Source: the human T2T-CHM13v2.0 reference genome, Homo sapiens. From it: DNA of 64,000 nt. The translations under genes were made by a program, and so were the position numbers. The notes beneath the pieces are model-generated. The model searched no databases. It was not told the DNA's origin and saw nothing but the letters and a program-made list of their open reading frames with translations. Location of the stretch: the NCBI RefSeq assembly GCF_009914755.1, contig NC_060928.1; one strand, 5' to 3'. Below, in pieces: positions 1 through 12,678 of the stretch. The number at the start of each line of letters is the position of its first letter. Within the stretch, counting starts at the first letter, position 1.

Positions 1-430
1 AAGGAGAAGACCAGAACACATGCAGAGAAACTAAGACAATGTTCATGGTTAGTGTGAACTCTCGGGGAATTGGAAGTATTTCATAGGATTGGAGAACAAA
101 AGAGTGATACAAAATTATTTTTAAAAGCAGGCGGACCATATACTGGAAGACATTGAATGGAAGGCTAAGGAGGTTCAGTTTTACCTGGATGTCAGTGGAG
201 AAGCATTGAAGAGTTGAAGCAAGAGAGAAGTGATTTTATTAGACTAGCTTTGAAAGATCATTCAGTTTAGCATGGAAAATGAGTTGGAAAGGAGTGAAGA
301 AACAAGTCGGAAGACTACTTAGAATCTTTACTGATGGCCCTTTCAAGAAATGAGGATAGAGAGGAGGGTGTGGAGTCAAGCAATGTAAAAAATGTGACAG
401 GATAGGGTGAATGGGACTGGGGCAGTGGAA
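1..430 (-). mobile_element. L2 fragment
   Basis: GA-rich L2-type sequence (ggaaggctaaggag...ggagaagcattgaagagttgaagcaag). Confidence 0.55.
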
Positions 431-640
431 CAACTGTAGTACTTCAAGTTTTAGATCACAATCACTTCAGGGTCTTTAGGAGATGAGATATTTTAATGGC
501 CAATGCAAAGAGTAACATCATTTATTTATGCATTCATTTCCTTAAATATTTAATCAATGCCTAGGATGTGTCTAGGTAATATTAAACAGTAGGAATATAA
601 AGAGTAGTGATGCAGTTACATCACCAAGGACTACACAGTC

Positions 641-693
641 CTAACACTGGCTCATCACCCCCTAAAACTAACACTGGCTCATCACCTCCAAAA
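641..693. repeat. 27-nt tandem duplication
   Basis: ctaacactggctcatcacc(c/t)cc(t)aaaa occurs twice. Confidence 0.9.
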
Positions 694-704
694 CAACTGC
701 CAGT

Positions 705-910
705 GAGTGGTTATTGTATGCAAAGCAGGTATTGAGTCTTTACAAGGATCGTTTTAATGAATCATCACAATGGCATTTTGAAGTAATACTATTATCCCCA
801 TTGTACAGAAGAAGATATTTTACTTTGAGAGATTGACTTGGCCAAAATCACACATTTAGTAAGTGGCAGAGCTAATACCTGAATCTAGGACTATCTGTCG
901 CAGTCCCATG
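705..910 (-). mobile_element. MIR
   Basis: Core attatccccattgtacaga...gacttggccaaaatcacaca...agtaagtggcagagc. Confidence 0.75.
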
Positions 911-1106
911 CTACATGGAAACCCAGACCTACGAATCAGTAAATGTATTAAAGGAAATAATCAATTTTCCCTGACAGAGTGGTTTGAAAGCCTTCAAAGT
1001 GGTGATTCTTGATTTGAGTTTTTACAGGTAAGCAGATTTCCTCCAGGCAGCCAGGGAGGAAAGGAGAGTGAAAGGGCACAAGCAGCGTGTTCTGCGGAAG
1101 GGCAGC

Positions 1107-2501
1107 TGTGCTGCATCAGCTCCACCTGTTTCTCCATATTTACTCTAATTCTCTTTCACCTCCTCTCTGCCCCAGAAGGCTGACTGCTATGGACTGCACA
1201 ACTTTAGCTTCTTTGGGGGCTGACTGAATTTGACTGGCTGTAGATTGGAATGTGGGAATCAGGAAAAATCAGAATTAATATTTTCCTGGCTCCCTCCATG
1301 CAAGGCCACAAGTTGACAATTGCTGCGTTCTTGTATCAAAGGCTACATCTGCTGGACATTCCTCCCCTCAGTTCTCTTCATTCAAAACTACAGTTCTCTT
1401 CACTTCTAGCCACTGCGTCTTCCTCTCACCTTCAGGCCTGCAGGCCTGAATGGCTCCACATGTTGCCAGGGCTTGAATGTTCCATCATCCCTCTGAGTTG
1501 CTTAACTCTGCCCCGCACCTTTTGGAAATAGCGTCCCCCTCAGTTTCATTCTCTCTGCCTCTGCTTCTCTCTCTCCCGGGCATGTACACACATTCCCTTA
1601 ACTAATAGCTTTATTGAGATATAATTCACATAGCATATCAATTTATTCATTTATCGTACACAATTCAAAGATTTTTAGTACAGAGTCGTGCAACCATCAC
1701 CACAGTCAGTTTTAGAATATTCCCATCACCCAAAATGGAAACTTTGTAGTGTTTAACAGTCGTCTTCCCGTTCCAACCCCCAGCCCTAAACAACCACTCA
1801 TCTACTTTCTATCTGCATAGATTTGATTAATGTGACATTTCATATAAATGAAATCATAAAATGTATGGTTCTTTTGGGACTGGCTTCTTTCACTTAACAT
1901 AATGCTTTTAAGGTTCATCTATGTTGTAGCATATATCAGTATTTTATTTCTATTTATTGCTGAATAATATTTTGGGGCTATACCACATTTTATTTATCAA
2001 TTAATTGATGAACAGTTCAATCATTTCCAATTTTTGACCATCATGAATAATGTATGAAAATCTGTGTACAAGGTTTCACATGAACCTGTATGTTTATTTG
2101 CTGAGTACATATCTATGACCATAATTACTGGGTTATATGACACTCTATGTTTAATCTTTTGAGAAACTACCAGACTGTTTCACAAAGTGACTGCACCATT
2201 TTACATTCCCATCAGCAATATGTGAAGATCCTAATTTTCCATGTCCTTGGCAACAGTTATTAGCTGTCTTTTTGTTTTCTTATAATCCTCTAAATAGGTA
2301 CGCAGTGGTATCTCATTGAGGTTTGGCTTTGCAGTCTTCTGATGGCTAATAATACTGAATATCCTTTTATGTAATTATTGACTATTCATTTTTCTGTTTT
2401 GGAGAAATATCTATTCAGATCCTTTGCTCTTGTTATATCTCTCAATCTCTTAAGCAATTCATTTGTCTCCTGTGTTTCTTGTTAGGACCCCCATTGATAC
2501 A
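1107..2501 (+). mobile_element. Old MLT1 (ERVL-MaLR) LTR interrupted by L1
   Basis: ctctgccccagaaggctgactgctatggactgcac near start; terminus tgtttcttgttaggacccccattgataca. Confidence 0.55.
1598..2428 (-). mobile_element. L1M (L1MB-like) 3' end
   Basis: agctttattgagatataattcaca... through gagaaactaccagactgtt...ctattcagatcctttgc. Confidence 0.85.
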
Positions 2502-2591
2502 TATTACAAAGACTATCCAGATTTATAGAACATGCCTTACTTCAAGGTGCACACATTCAGCAAAAGATTTAGGGCAAGCCACTTGTGCTAG
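2502..2591 (-). pseudogene. GREB1-like exon remnant with apparently mutated acceptor (CAA)
   Basis: Long pyrimidine tract ttttcttctttttgtttttcacaa|. *HKWLALNLLLNVCTLK*GMFYKSG aligns ungapped to [25 protein letters not shown]. Abuts an MLT1 LTR end. Confidence 0.55.
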
Positions 2592-2749
2592 TTGTGAAAA
2601 ACAAAAAGAAGAAAATCATTTTTATATTACTACACTGACTTTGGTGATTTCTTTTGAATTGAGGCTGTATCTCAACATGATACCTTAATCATCTAGTTTT
2701 TAATTGAATCATTTACTAGTCAACCATCCTAAAAACACAGACTAGTTAC

Positions 2750-2859
2750 CTTTCAGTCCAGGTCACAGAAAGTGGAATTTTAGGGCTCCAGTTTTGTCAG
2801 TGCAAACTTTCCCAATGAGAAAAAGTCCTGACAGTTGTAACACTTAAATTTTTAAAAAG
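2750..2859 (-). pseudogene. GREB1-like exon remnant (110 nt, phase 0-2)
   Basis: cacttgcag| ... AAG|GTAACT. VRTFSHWESL ~ PRTYQDLDGL; KIPLSVTWTE ~ KDPLGETFP. Confidence 0.7.
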
Positions 2860-3761
2860 CTGCAAGTGACATTGATGGTGGCTTCTTCTCCTTATCAAAA
2901 TGACTTAGACTTTGGTAAGACCCAGCAGCTCCAATAACGTTAGGGTTTGGGACCACACAGATCTGGGTTTGTATATCTTCTGTATAATTTACCATTTGCT
3001 TAACTTTAGACAAGTTACTTGAGCCCTTTAAACCTGTTTTCTTGTCTGTAAAATTAGGGTAAGTGTACCACTATATATAAAATAGTTGTGTTATGTAAGT
3101 AAAATAATGCAAATTAGACACCTGGAAAGAGTAATATTTAATAATTATTTCTTTTTCCACTTGTCCTTACAGTGCTTTTTCATGTTAATCTGGTTCTGAA
3201 AAGTATCCCTTTCCCCAATAATGCTAAGTACATGATACCAGACTATGCAGTTACGTTATAAATGATACATTTAATCTCTGTTTTAGGTGAACCCATTTAA
3301 TTATATGCATTATTATTTAAAAATTCTAAAATATATTGAATCTCTCACTCCTTTTTTTTCCCAACAACAGTTAATAAGACAAAGTGTTAGCCTCATAGTA
3401 TTTTTGTTCTAGTTATGAAAACAGACAAACTATTTATTCATTTATAAAATTGTAGGCCAAAAAATAGAATTGTGTTTAGTGTCTGTCTACCAAACCATAA
3501 GTTTCAGAAACCTTATAACAACCTATAGCATTGTAATTTATCTATAACATGAATTGGATCACAAGAATGGGAAAAGTTGCATTATATTCTCTATTTATGA
3601 TTGTAAGCTCATTAATATCACATATTGACAAAATGCCAAGGGAAACAGAATAGTTTCCTTTTTAACTAACTCCAAGAGCTGATGAATTATGAATATGAAG
3701 TGAAGGGCCTATCTCATAAAACTAATGCTATATCTCAAGGAAGCCAGAGAAAAGCTCTGAC

Positions 3762-3977
3762 CTTTAGGAACACAATGAATTTATAGAAAACCAGTCCTCC
3801 AGGCATCCACCCTGAAAAGTGCACTCTTATCTACAAACCACAGAGAGAAGCTACACTCTTAACTCAAATAATAGCCACGTCTCCCTCCTGAAAATTGTGG
3901 AGCTATTCTTGGACTACAAAAGCATCCAATTGTGAGAAGAGCAGCAGAGGAAGCTACTAAGGCCTTTAGATTGGTCC
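3762..3977 (-). pseudogene. GREB1-like exon remnant
   Basis: ctctacttgcag| ... AAG|GTCAGA. EGDVAII*VKSV ~ RGHMLIIRVPSV; LCGL*IR ~ KLGLQYR; ends KFIVFLK| ~ HFVARLK| at phase 0. Confidence 0.75.
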
Positions 3978-4541
3978 CTGCAAGTAGAGAATTTTTTTTT
4001 CCCCTGAGTGTAAATGGAATATCAAACGAGCACATTTTAAACATACAGGATTTTGGCAATTGTGAAGTTTTGTTCTGGATGCTCTTGTTCTTAAATTATA
4101 TTATAATCATATTAGTAAAGTGAGCCAGTTTGTACTCAATAACATACTTTATTCTTTCTTGCCAGTCCTTACTAAATTCAGCCTACGAAATATTCTTTCC
4201 TGCCTCTTGATTAAAACTCAAGTAAATTCCATAGCTTTTCCAATCACTCGTCTTTTTTTTTTTACCGTTTTATTTACATTTTTAAACCTCACTTCCGCCC
4301 CAGCATTGCGTATTCTTTGTGCCATATTTTCCTGCCTTTTAATAAATAATTCACTGATTTTATTTATCTCCTATCTTCCTTCACTGGTAAGTTCCTTGAG
4401 GGTAAGGACCTTTTCTTTTTCTGTGTAGTGTATGTATGTGTGTATGTGTGTGTTTGTACTAATTTATTCTTTGAACCTGAAACAGTGGCTAGTACACTGG
4501 AGGCACTCAAGAAATATTTGTTGAATGGAAAAGTGAATTAG

Positions 4542-4921
4542 TGTATTAGTCTGTTCTTGCTTGCTATAAAGAAATACCTGAGACTGTGTAATTTACAAAG
4601 AAAATAGATTTAATTGGTTCACAGTTTCACAGGCTGTACAGGAAGATTGGTGGGGGAGGCTTCATGAAGCTTTTACTTACAGCAAAAGGCAAAGCGGGAG
4701 AGGGAGTCTTACCATGGCCAGCGCAGGAGGAAAAGAGAAAGTGGGCAGGGGCTTCACACTTTTAAACAACCAGATCTCCAGAGAACAGCACTAGAGGGAT
4801 GGTGCTACGCCATTAGAAACTACCCCCATGATCCAGTCACCTCCCTCAAGGCCCCACCTCCAACACTGGGGATTACAATTCAAAATGAGATTTGGTGGGG
4901 ACACAGATCCAAAACATATCA
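4542..4921 (-). mobile_element. MST (MaLR) solo LTR
   Basis: tgtattagtctgttcttgc...aaacatatca; 5-bp TSD ATTAG. Confidence 0.9.
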
Positions 4922-5555
4922 ATTAGAAGTCTAAATTCTCATCTAGTTAAGACGTTTCTCTTCCCTCATCCTGGCCTCACCTTAAGCAGGACACTGTAAT
5001 GCAAACGAAAGGAAGGTGTAGGCAGCTTCTCTGTTTTTCACTCCCTTTCTTGGTCTACTAATCAGCTGCTACTTATAACTGCAAGAGGCTGATGCAGAAG
5101 CAGGATGTGAGGTAAGAGAATACAAAATTACTTATGGCTGTAATTTTTCATCAAGGTCACCTTCATAACAACTGTGACAGATTCAGTGTTTGTTAGGTTC
5201 CTTTGTGGAGAATTTTTGTGAGTTCTTAGAAGACTCCACATTGCCGAGCTCCTCTCACTGCCTGATGTAGGTGGATAGCTTGACTGGTAGGCTGCCTGTG
5301 ACATGACTTAATTTCTGCATCTAACTGTTTTCTTTGCAGTGTCTCCGATTAAAATAATATATCCTTATTATAAAAAGTGGTATAGTTATATAACAAAGGA
5401 TTATAAAGGCAAAATAAAACCCTTTCTTTTATCCCACACCTCAAACTCCACCAGGTAATCAATGTTAATAACATTTTCCCACAACTTTCTCCTTGTTTGT
5501 ATATATGTAGACACCTATACATGCAAATATGGGATGCAGTTGTGTATATGTTTAT

Positions 5556-5672
5556 TGTTACTTAGTTAAAACTATGTTACTTAGTTACTTAGTTAAAAAC
5601 TGTTACTTAGTTACTATGTTACTTAGTTAACTATGTTACTTAGTTTAACTATGTTACTTAGTTATAACTGTT
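5556..5672. repeat. Degenerate minisatellite, core TGTTACTTAGTTA(A)CTA
   Basis: About 7 variable-length copies of gttacttagtt. Confidence 0.9.
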
Positions 5673-5850
5673 CAATACATTGACAACATATCATGATCAC
5701 CATTTTTTCTAATGCCCTTATTCAGATACAATCAGGATATTGAACAAGTATGATTAAGATATACATAATCAAACAAACTTTGCTTTTTGTCTCTTGTTTC
5801 ACACTTTAACATTTATTTAAGGAGTTTAATCTTTCCTTGCTCCTGGGCAT

Positions 5851-6647
5851 TGTGAATTCAGAAAATCTGAGACAGGTCTCAGTTAATTAATTAATTAATT
5901 ATTATTATTATTAGAGACAAAGTTTGCTCTTGTTGCCCAGGCTGGAACGAGATTTTGCAATGGCGAAATCTCGGCTCACTGCAACCTCTGCCTCCTGGGT
6001 TCAAGCGATTCTCCTGCCTCAGCCTCCCAAGCCTGGGATTACAGGCATGTGCCACCATGCCCAACTAATTTTTTTATTTTTAGTAGAGACGGGGTTTCAC
6101 CATGTTGGTCAGGCTGGTCTTGATCTCCAGACCTCAGGTGATCCACCTGCCTCGGCCTCTCAAAGCGCTGGGATTTCAGGCGTGAGCCACCACACCTGGC
6201 CAGGTCTCAGTTAATTTAGAAAGTTTATTTTGCCAAGGTTGAGAACAGGACATGCCCATGTCACAGCCTCAGGAAGTCCTGATGACATGTGCCCAAGGTG
6301 GTCAGGGCACAGCTTGGTTTTATACAGTTTAGGGAGACATGAGACATCAATCAATATATGTAAGAAGTACATTGGTTCGGTCTGGAAAGGCCGGACAACT
6401 TGAAGCAAAGGCAGGAAGACTAAAGGGAGGAGGGACCATCCAAGTCACAGATAGGTGAGACACAAACAATTACATTCTTTTGAGATTCTGATTAGCTTTT
6501 CCAAAGGAGGCAAATCAGATATGCATCTATCTCAGTGAGCAGAGGGGTGACTGACTTTAAATAGAATGGGAGGCAGGTTTGCCCTAAGCTGTTTCCAGCT
6601 TGAGTTTTCTTAGTGACTTTGGGGACCCAAGATATTTTCCTTTCACA
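5851..6647 (-). mobile_element. MER4A-type ERV1 solo LTR containing an Alu
   Basis: TG...CA ends; 4-bp TSD GCAT; gagacaggtctcagttaatttagaaagtttattttgccaagg motif. Confidence 0.85.
5889..6201 (-). mobile_element. AluS
   Basis: Full Alu; TSD caggtctcagttaatt. Confidence 0.95.
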
Positions 6648-7844
6648 GCATGAACTTCAGGTCACTTTAAGTGTCTGAAATGAAAACTCAACTAGACATA
6701 CATAACATTCATTGCCAGATATTCAGATTTGATTCAACATTAAAATCTTCTCCCCTTTCCCTGTTAAAATCTACTTTATTTATTTATTTATTTATTTATT
6801 TATTGTAAGTTTTGTTTAGACACAATTACTGCACATCATGTGAGAAAAATATTCAACTTCACTTCCTTTCATATTGATGACCCTTGTGCCAACAGCATCT
6901 ATTGAATAAACTCTTTACCCTTCTTGCTCAAATGAAGTAACATTTTTACCCATTTGTACATATTACATTTTCAAATATATAAGGTTGATTTACAGGTTTT
7001 TCTGTTCTTTGCAATTGACTTGTTTATTCTCATGTTAATATTATAGTGATTGAAAGTGACTGGTATATGGCCCAACACCAGTAAGACAAGACTTCTTCCC
7101 TCACTATTCCTCTTTTTCATGCTTTCCCTGGTTTATCTCTGGCATTTTGACTTCTTCATTACATAGCTGGATCCAATTCTCTCCAACACCCACCATCTGG
7201 CTGGCATTTTATTAATAAATTGAATTGCATTACATTTATATATTAATTTAGGGATGTGTGATATTTTTATGACATCAAATATTCTTATTTAAAAACATGA
7301 AATGCTTTTTCAATTATTTAGATCTTGTTTTATTTTCATCACTAATATTTTACAGTTTTATTTTTATAGGTCTGACATGTTTCTTATTAAATATACTCCT
7401 AGGCTTTATATGGTTTTTATTGCTAGAGTGAATGTTATTTTCATTTCTACTTCTAGCAGTTTATGCCTAAGATAGAGAAAACCTATTTATTTTTGTATAC
7501 CATACTTAACGTTCTAACAGCCACCTATGCACTTCTTATTAATCCTGGAAGTTTCTGTGCACCTCTTTACTGTCACACAATCACATTATTGGTCAAAAAA
7601 AGTAATGATAAAATAACTTAACTCTTCCTTATACATTTTTTAAAAATTAACATTTTGTTTGTTAGTTCCTTTGAGGCAATGGTAATAGCAGGCATTCCTG
7701 CTGACTGGTTTATAATTTTCATTGAAATAGTTTTAGGTTTGCTGTTTGAATGATTTAATGTTAATTTTTGGTAAAAAGTCTTTTTAAAAAAATATTTTAT
7801 TTCTTTATTTATTTTTACACTGGGTTATCAGACCATCTAATTTT

Positions 7845-8156
7845 TGTTGTTGTTGTTGTTTGTTTGTTTGAGGCAGAGTCTCATTTTGTTGCCCAGGCTG
7901 GAGCTGGAGTGCAGTAGTGCAATCTCAGCTCACTGCAACCTCCGATTCCTGGGTTCAAGTGATTCTCCTGCCTCAGCATCCTGAGCAGGGGACTACAGGC
8001 GTGTACTACCATGCCCAGCTAATTTTTTTATTTTTAGTAGAGATGAAGTTTTGCCATGTCGGCCAGGCTGGTCTTGAACTCCTGGCCTCAAGCAGTCCAT
8101 CCACCTTGGCCCCCAAAAGTGCTAGGATTACAGGCATGAGTCACCGCACCAGCCAG
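7845..8156 (-). mobile_element. Alu (J/S)
   Basis: Dimeric Alu with (GTT)n tail. Confidence 0.9.
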
Positions 8157-8657
8157 GTAAAGTATTTTTACAATATTTAAGTGACATTCTATTTTTATCA
8201 GTGTTTTCATTAAGAATGACAGGTAAATTTTATCAGATGCTTTTTTAGCATCTACTGTTATGATCACATAATATTTCTCTCTTAGTTTGTGGATATAATA
8301 AATTACATTAAGAGATTTCATAGTAATTGTGCCACCCTTGCATTCCTGGAATAAGCCTTTTATTGCTCATCGTGCAGCACTATTTTGATATATTGCTGGA
8401 GTCTCTTTGCTAATATTCACTTAGAATTTGTGCTTCTATATTAAATAGTAAGATTAATGTATGTGTTGTGGGATCAGTTTTTGACTTTAAAGTTATTCTG
8501 ATTTAATAAAATTTTTTGGTGATGTTGAGACCTTTTTATGGGTTGGAATAAATTAAACACTAATAGGAGCATATATTAATTAAACTTTAGATAGAATACA
8601 GTTGTGAAGCCACTTGATCTGGATCCTCTTTTATTAACATATCTGTAATGACATTTT

Positions 8658-8974
8658 ATTTTTTCTTTCTTTTTTTTTTTTTTTTGAGACGGTGTCTCGC
8701 TCTGTCGCCCAGGTTGGAGTGCAGTGGCGCGATCTAGGCTCACTGCAAACTCCGCCTCCCGGGTTCCTGCCATTGTCCTGCCTCAGCCTCCTGAGGAGAG
8801 TAGCTGGGACTACAGGCACCCACCACCATGCCCGGCTAATTTTTTTTGTATTTTTTAGTACAGATGGGGTTTCACCGTGTTAGCCAGAATGGTCTTGATC
8901 TCCTGACCTTGTGATCCACCTGCCTTGGCCTCCCAAAGTGCTGGGATTACAGGTGTGAGCCACCACGCCCGGCC
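8658..8974 (-). mobile_element. AluY
   Basis: Y-type diagnostics; TSD tgtaatgacatttt. Confidence 0.95.
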
Positions 8975-9785
8975 TGTAATGACATTTTCAATCTTTTCTA
9001 TGTTAATTAATATATTTGTTGTAAGTTAAATCTTACTAAGAAATTATTTTCTCTAAGTTTTCAAATTTATTTTACCTTATCCTGTTTTGTCATTCTTATT
9101 ATTTTTCTGTTTTATTAACTTTAGGTTTTATTTTATTAATTTCCTCTTCCTCCCTTCTTTTGGTATATTATATTGTACTTTATCTCATTAAAATTTTAAG
9201 GTGGGTATCCAGACAGAAATTTACCTTTCTATTTATCTGCTTAGTGCCTTTGGCACCACTCTTATATTTAGCAAGTTTCTAAATTTAAAAGACACTTCAG
9301 ATTAGAGGTTGAAATTATAATTTGTTTGTCTAGGCTCCTTTCCTGCAAGGGTGCAGGCAGCTATACTGTAGATGACATAGCACACAGATTAGAATAATCT
9401 ATCTATATGAGAATTTAGCAGCTCATGATGTGGTGCCCCAGTATGGGGAGGTGGTTGGTGTGTGTGTCTAGTGGCCCCTGAATATGGGAGCCCTGTAAGA
9501 GAAGTGGTTGGGGTGGGGACTTAGCGAACTGCCCAAAGAAAGGAAATGAGAGTTTTAAATCACAACTTCAAAACTGGGTTCAGATAGCACTTGTAAAGTA
9601 CATTATACCAGAGGTATCAGCTTTTTGACACAGCAGTGACAGGTGGAAGATTTGGGGCTCAAACTTGGGTGCTTCCTCTTGGCAGAGTGAGCAGGGTTTC
9701 ATAGGAGGAACCCAGTGCTGTAAGTTTGGAGGCGTGTGTCCTCCAAACTTGATTCTCTGGATCTCCTGGAGATTCTCAGACATAC

Positions 9786-10281
9786 TGTATTTGTAGTCAG
9801 GGGTCTACAAAGAAATGGAGCCAATGGAATATATACGTACGAAATTGGCTCACTTGGCTACGGATTAGATGAAGTCCCACAATCTGCAGGGTGGATTGGA
9901 AATGTGAAGTCCCCAGGAGGTCAGATGGTATCATCTCATACATCATACAAAGGGTTAGCAGGCTTGAGACCGAGGTAGAGTAATGTTTTGGTCTGAGTCT
10001 CAAAATAGGAACAAAACCCCAATGTCGCAGCTTAAAGGCTGTCAGACAGAAGAAATGTATCTTACTCAGGGGAGGGTTAGCCTTTTGTTCTTTTCAGGCC
10101 TTCAACTGACTGGATGAGGCCCGCTCACATTAGGGAGAGCAACCCGCTTTACTTGATCATCTACTTATCTGAATGTTAATTTCATCCAAAAACACTTTCA
10201 CAGAACACGCAGAATGATGTCTGACCAAATATTTGAGCAACATGTGGCCCAGTCAGGTTGACACATAAAATGAATCATCAC
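9786..10281 (-). mobile_element. MLT2 (ERVL) LTR
   Basis: tagtcaggggtctacaaagaaatggagccaat...gcccagtcaggttgacacataaaatgaatcatcaca. Confidence 0.8.
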
Positions 10282-11008
10282 ACATCCTATGATACATTTA
10301 TTTTCTATTTTCTAGATTAGGTCCTATAAATTTTTCTGAATCCCACTAAAACTCATGACTGATACAAGTACCAGTTTTATTTTAATATTTAATCTTTTAT
10401 CTTCAATAATATATTTAAGTCTAACACTATGTATTTTTCTCCGAGAAGAACTTTTGATATGGCCAATAGATTTTTGTATAGCCATTTCTCATTTCCATTA
10501 TTTCTTAGATACTATTTTTATACTGAAATTACTTTTTGGTTTTACCACTATCTTAAAGTTAATTTTCTAATTTTTATGTAATAAAGTACCTTCATAAACC
10601 TTATATCTGGTCAACATTAGAAAATTGATCTGTAAGACTTATACTTTTTAAAATTGAAAGGTGGTTTTGTGTTTAGGTTTGTAAACACAATGTTTAGAAG
10701 CTCAATGATGTAAGCAAAATACAAGAGTTCTATATATCTTTATCAAATTTGAGATTCGAGTATTATTATTCATTTCTGATTTATAAGGCCTGTTCTATTC
10801 TTGTGGAAATATCTTGAAATCTACTATTTCTGATAAGTTCTTTTTGCTCCTACATGGTTTTTATTTTACATATGTATAGGGCTCATTGAGATTTATATTT
10901 TTTAAAAAAAATTTTGCTTTTTAAAATAAATTACAAAATGTCATTCTTCATTCTGATGGGTGAATTTAACCTTAAACTCCTTCCTGTATATTACTTCTAG
11001 CCACTACT

Positions 11009-11120
11009 TGTATGTATGTGTGCATGTGTGCACGTGCCCTCATGTGTGTGGGTGTGTATGTGCACATGGGTGTCAGTGTGTATGTTTGTGTGTGGGGGCT
11101 GCGTGTGGGTGTGTGTATAT
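11009..11120. repeat. Degenerate (TG)n
   Basis: Visible dinucleotide tract. Confidence 0.85.
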
Positions 11121-11682
11121 GGTCGCAGCTACATTTGAATAATAACTCTTTAATTGTCTTTTAATGTCAGCCCAGCTTTAATACTTTGTTTTTATAAACA
11201 GCATAAAGTTTTTAAAAAGTCTTAATATTGCATTCTGTACTTTAAAAGGCAATACTTATGTAATTTAATTGATTTGATTTGATTACTGACATTTTGCTGT
11301 ATATGTATTATTTATTTTGCTTTATTATTTTCTTGTTCCCTTATAAAAATAAAAAAAAACGGTTTCACCAATTTACTTCTTACCTCCTTTTTTCTTATAT
11401 GAGAGTTTTACTGCATTTTTCTATTCTATCAAAGCTTGCATTTTTTCTAATATTTATACACATTTCTCTAGTATCGTATGAAAAGAAGAAACTAACAATT
11501 CAACAGGGAATACTTTTACTCTTTTATTCTCCTTCTTATTCTATGTCCCATTCCTTTTCTGCTCATTGTCCCCCACGTTTAAAATTTTGCTGAGCTAACT
11601 TTGTATTTTAAAGTTCAGATCTTTTTTTCTTTTAATTATCTTGCAGCTTCTCACATCTATTTTAAAAATTCCTATGTAAGCC

Positions 11683-12093
11683 TGATATGTTTTGAATGCT
11701 TTGTCCTCTGCAAATTTCATTTTGAAATGTGGTCCCCAATGTTGGAAGTGGGGCATGGTGGGAGGTTTTAGAGTCATGGGGCTGATCCCTCATGAATGGC
11801 TTGGTGCCATCCTGGGAGTAATGAGTGAGTTCTCACTCTGAGTTGACATGAGATCTGGTTGTTTAAAAGATCCTGGCACTTCCTCCTTTCTCTCTCTCTC
11901 CTGCTCTTGCCATATGACATGCTGGCTCCCTTTCACCTTCTGCCACGATCGTAGCTTCCTTAGGCCCTCACTGGAAGCAGATGCTGGTACTCTGCTTCAT
12001 GTACAGCCTGCAAAACTGTGAGCAAAATAAACTTCTTTTCTTTATAAATTACTAAGTCTCATGTATTCCTTTGTAGCAACAGACACTGACACA
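11683..12093 (+). mobile_element. MST (MaLR) solo LTR
   Basis: tgatatg...gacaca; TSD AAGCC. Confidence 0.9.
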
Positions 12094-12144
12094 AAGCCAT
12101 TTATATTTTGTGTTTCACTTTGGCAATATTAAAACAAAAACATT

Positions 12145-12331
12145 TTATTGCATTTCTGCAAAAACAAAGGCCAAAATCTGCGTGAAGATGTCAGTGAAGA
12201 AGTTCCCAGAATCCATGTAGATCAGAACATGAAGCTAGGAGAAGGAGAGGCCTCCAAGTAAGAAGGTAGGGCAGGGTGAGTTGATGTAGCTGTCTTTAAG
12301 CAGACTGCTTGTGCACATTTCAATCCCACTT
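12145..12331 (-). pseudogene. Candidate GREB1-like exon remnant
   Basis: SGIEMCTSSLLKDSYINSPCPTFLL ~ [27 protein letters not shown] (composite of recalled GREB1L/GREB1). Boundaries approximate. Confidence 0.4.
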
Positions 12332-12369
12332 CTTCAGGGAAATAAATGGAGCTTTTGATAGATCTTGGG

Positions 12370-12600
12370 CATGGTATATAATGTCAAGAGCAAGGGATTT
12401 ATAGCCACATAGACTTGGACTCAAATTACTCCTCTGTCACTTTTTTCCAGGTGACACCAGGCAGTTACTAGCCTCCAGAGGTTCAGTTTCCTATCTGTGA
12501 AAAGGAAATAGTAATAATCATCTCACAGGATTGCTATGAAAATATGTAAGAGCACAGTCCTCTGAGGTAATATCATTAGGCACCCAACTAACATGTGGAT
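12370..12600 (+). mobile_element. MIR
   Basis: agacttggactcaaatt...cagtttcctatctgtgaaaaggaaatagtaata. Confidence 0.7.
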
Positions 12601-12678
12601 CCCTGTCTTTCCTTGGTCAGAACTGTATGTTGATACTTGCTTTCAGACAGTAAAACTAATTTGAAATTCAAACCTCAC

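Larger units (their letters stand above)
6800..9250 (-). mobile_element. Highly degraded old L1M ORF2 region (with two nested Alus)
   Basis: T-rich antisense L1 motifs, e.g. ttttatcagatgcttttttagcatctact, ccttgcattcctggaataagcc. Confidence 0.65.

Noticed and set aside
2440-2503. Peptide YVSMGVL resembling GREB1L YVSKEVI
   Set aside because: These bases coincide with the MLT1 LTR terminus (...ggacccccattgataca). The match may be coincidental and was not counted as evidence.
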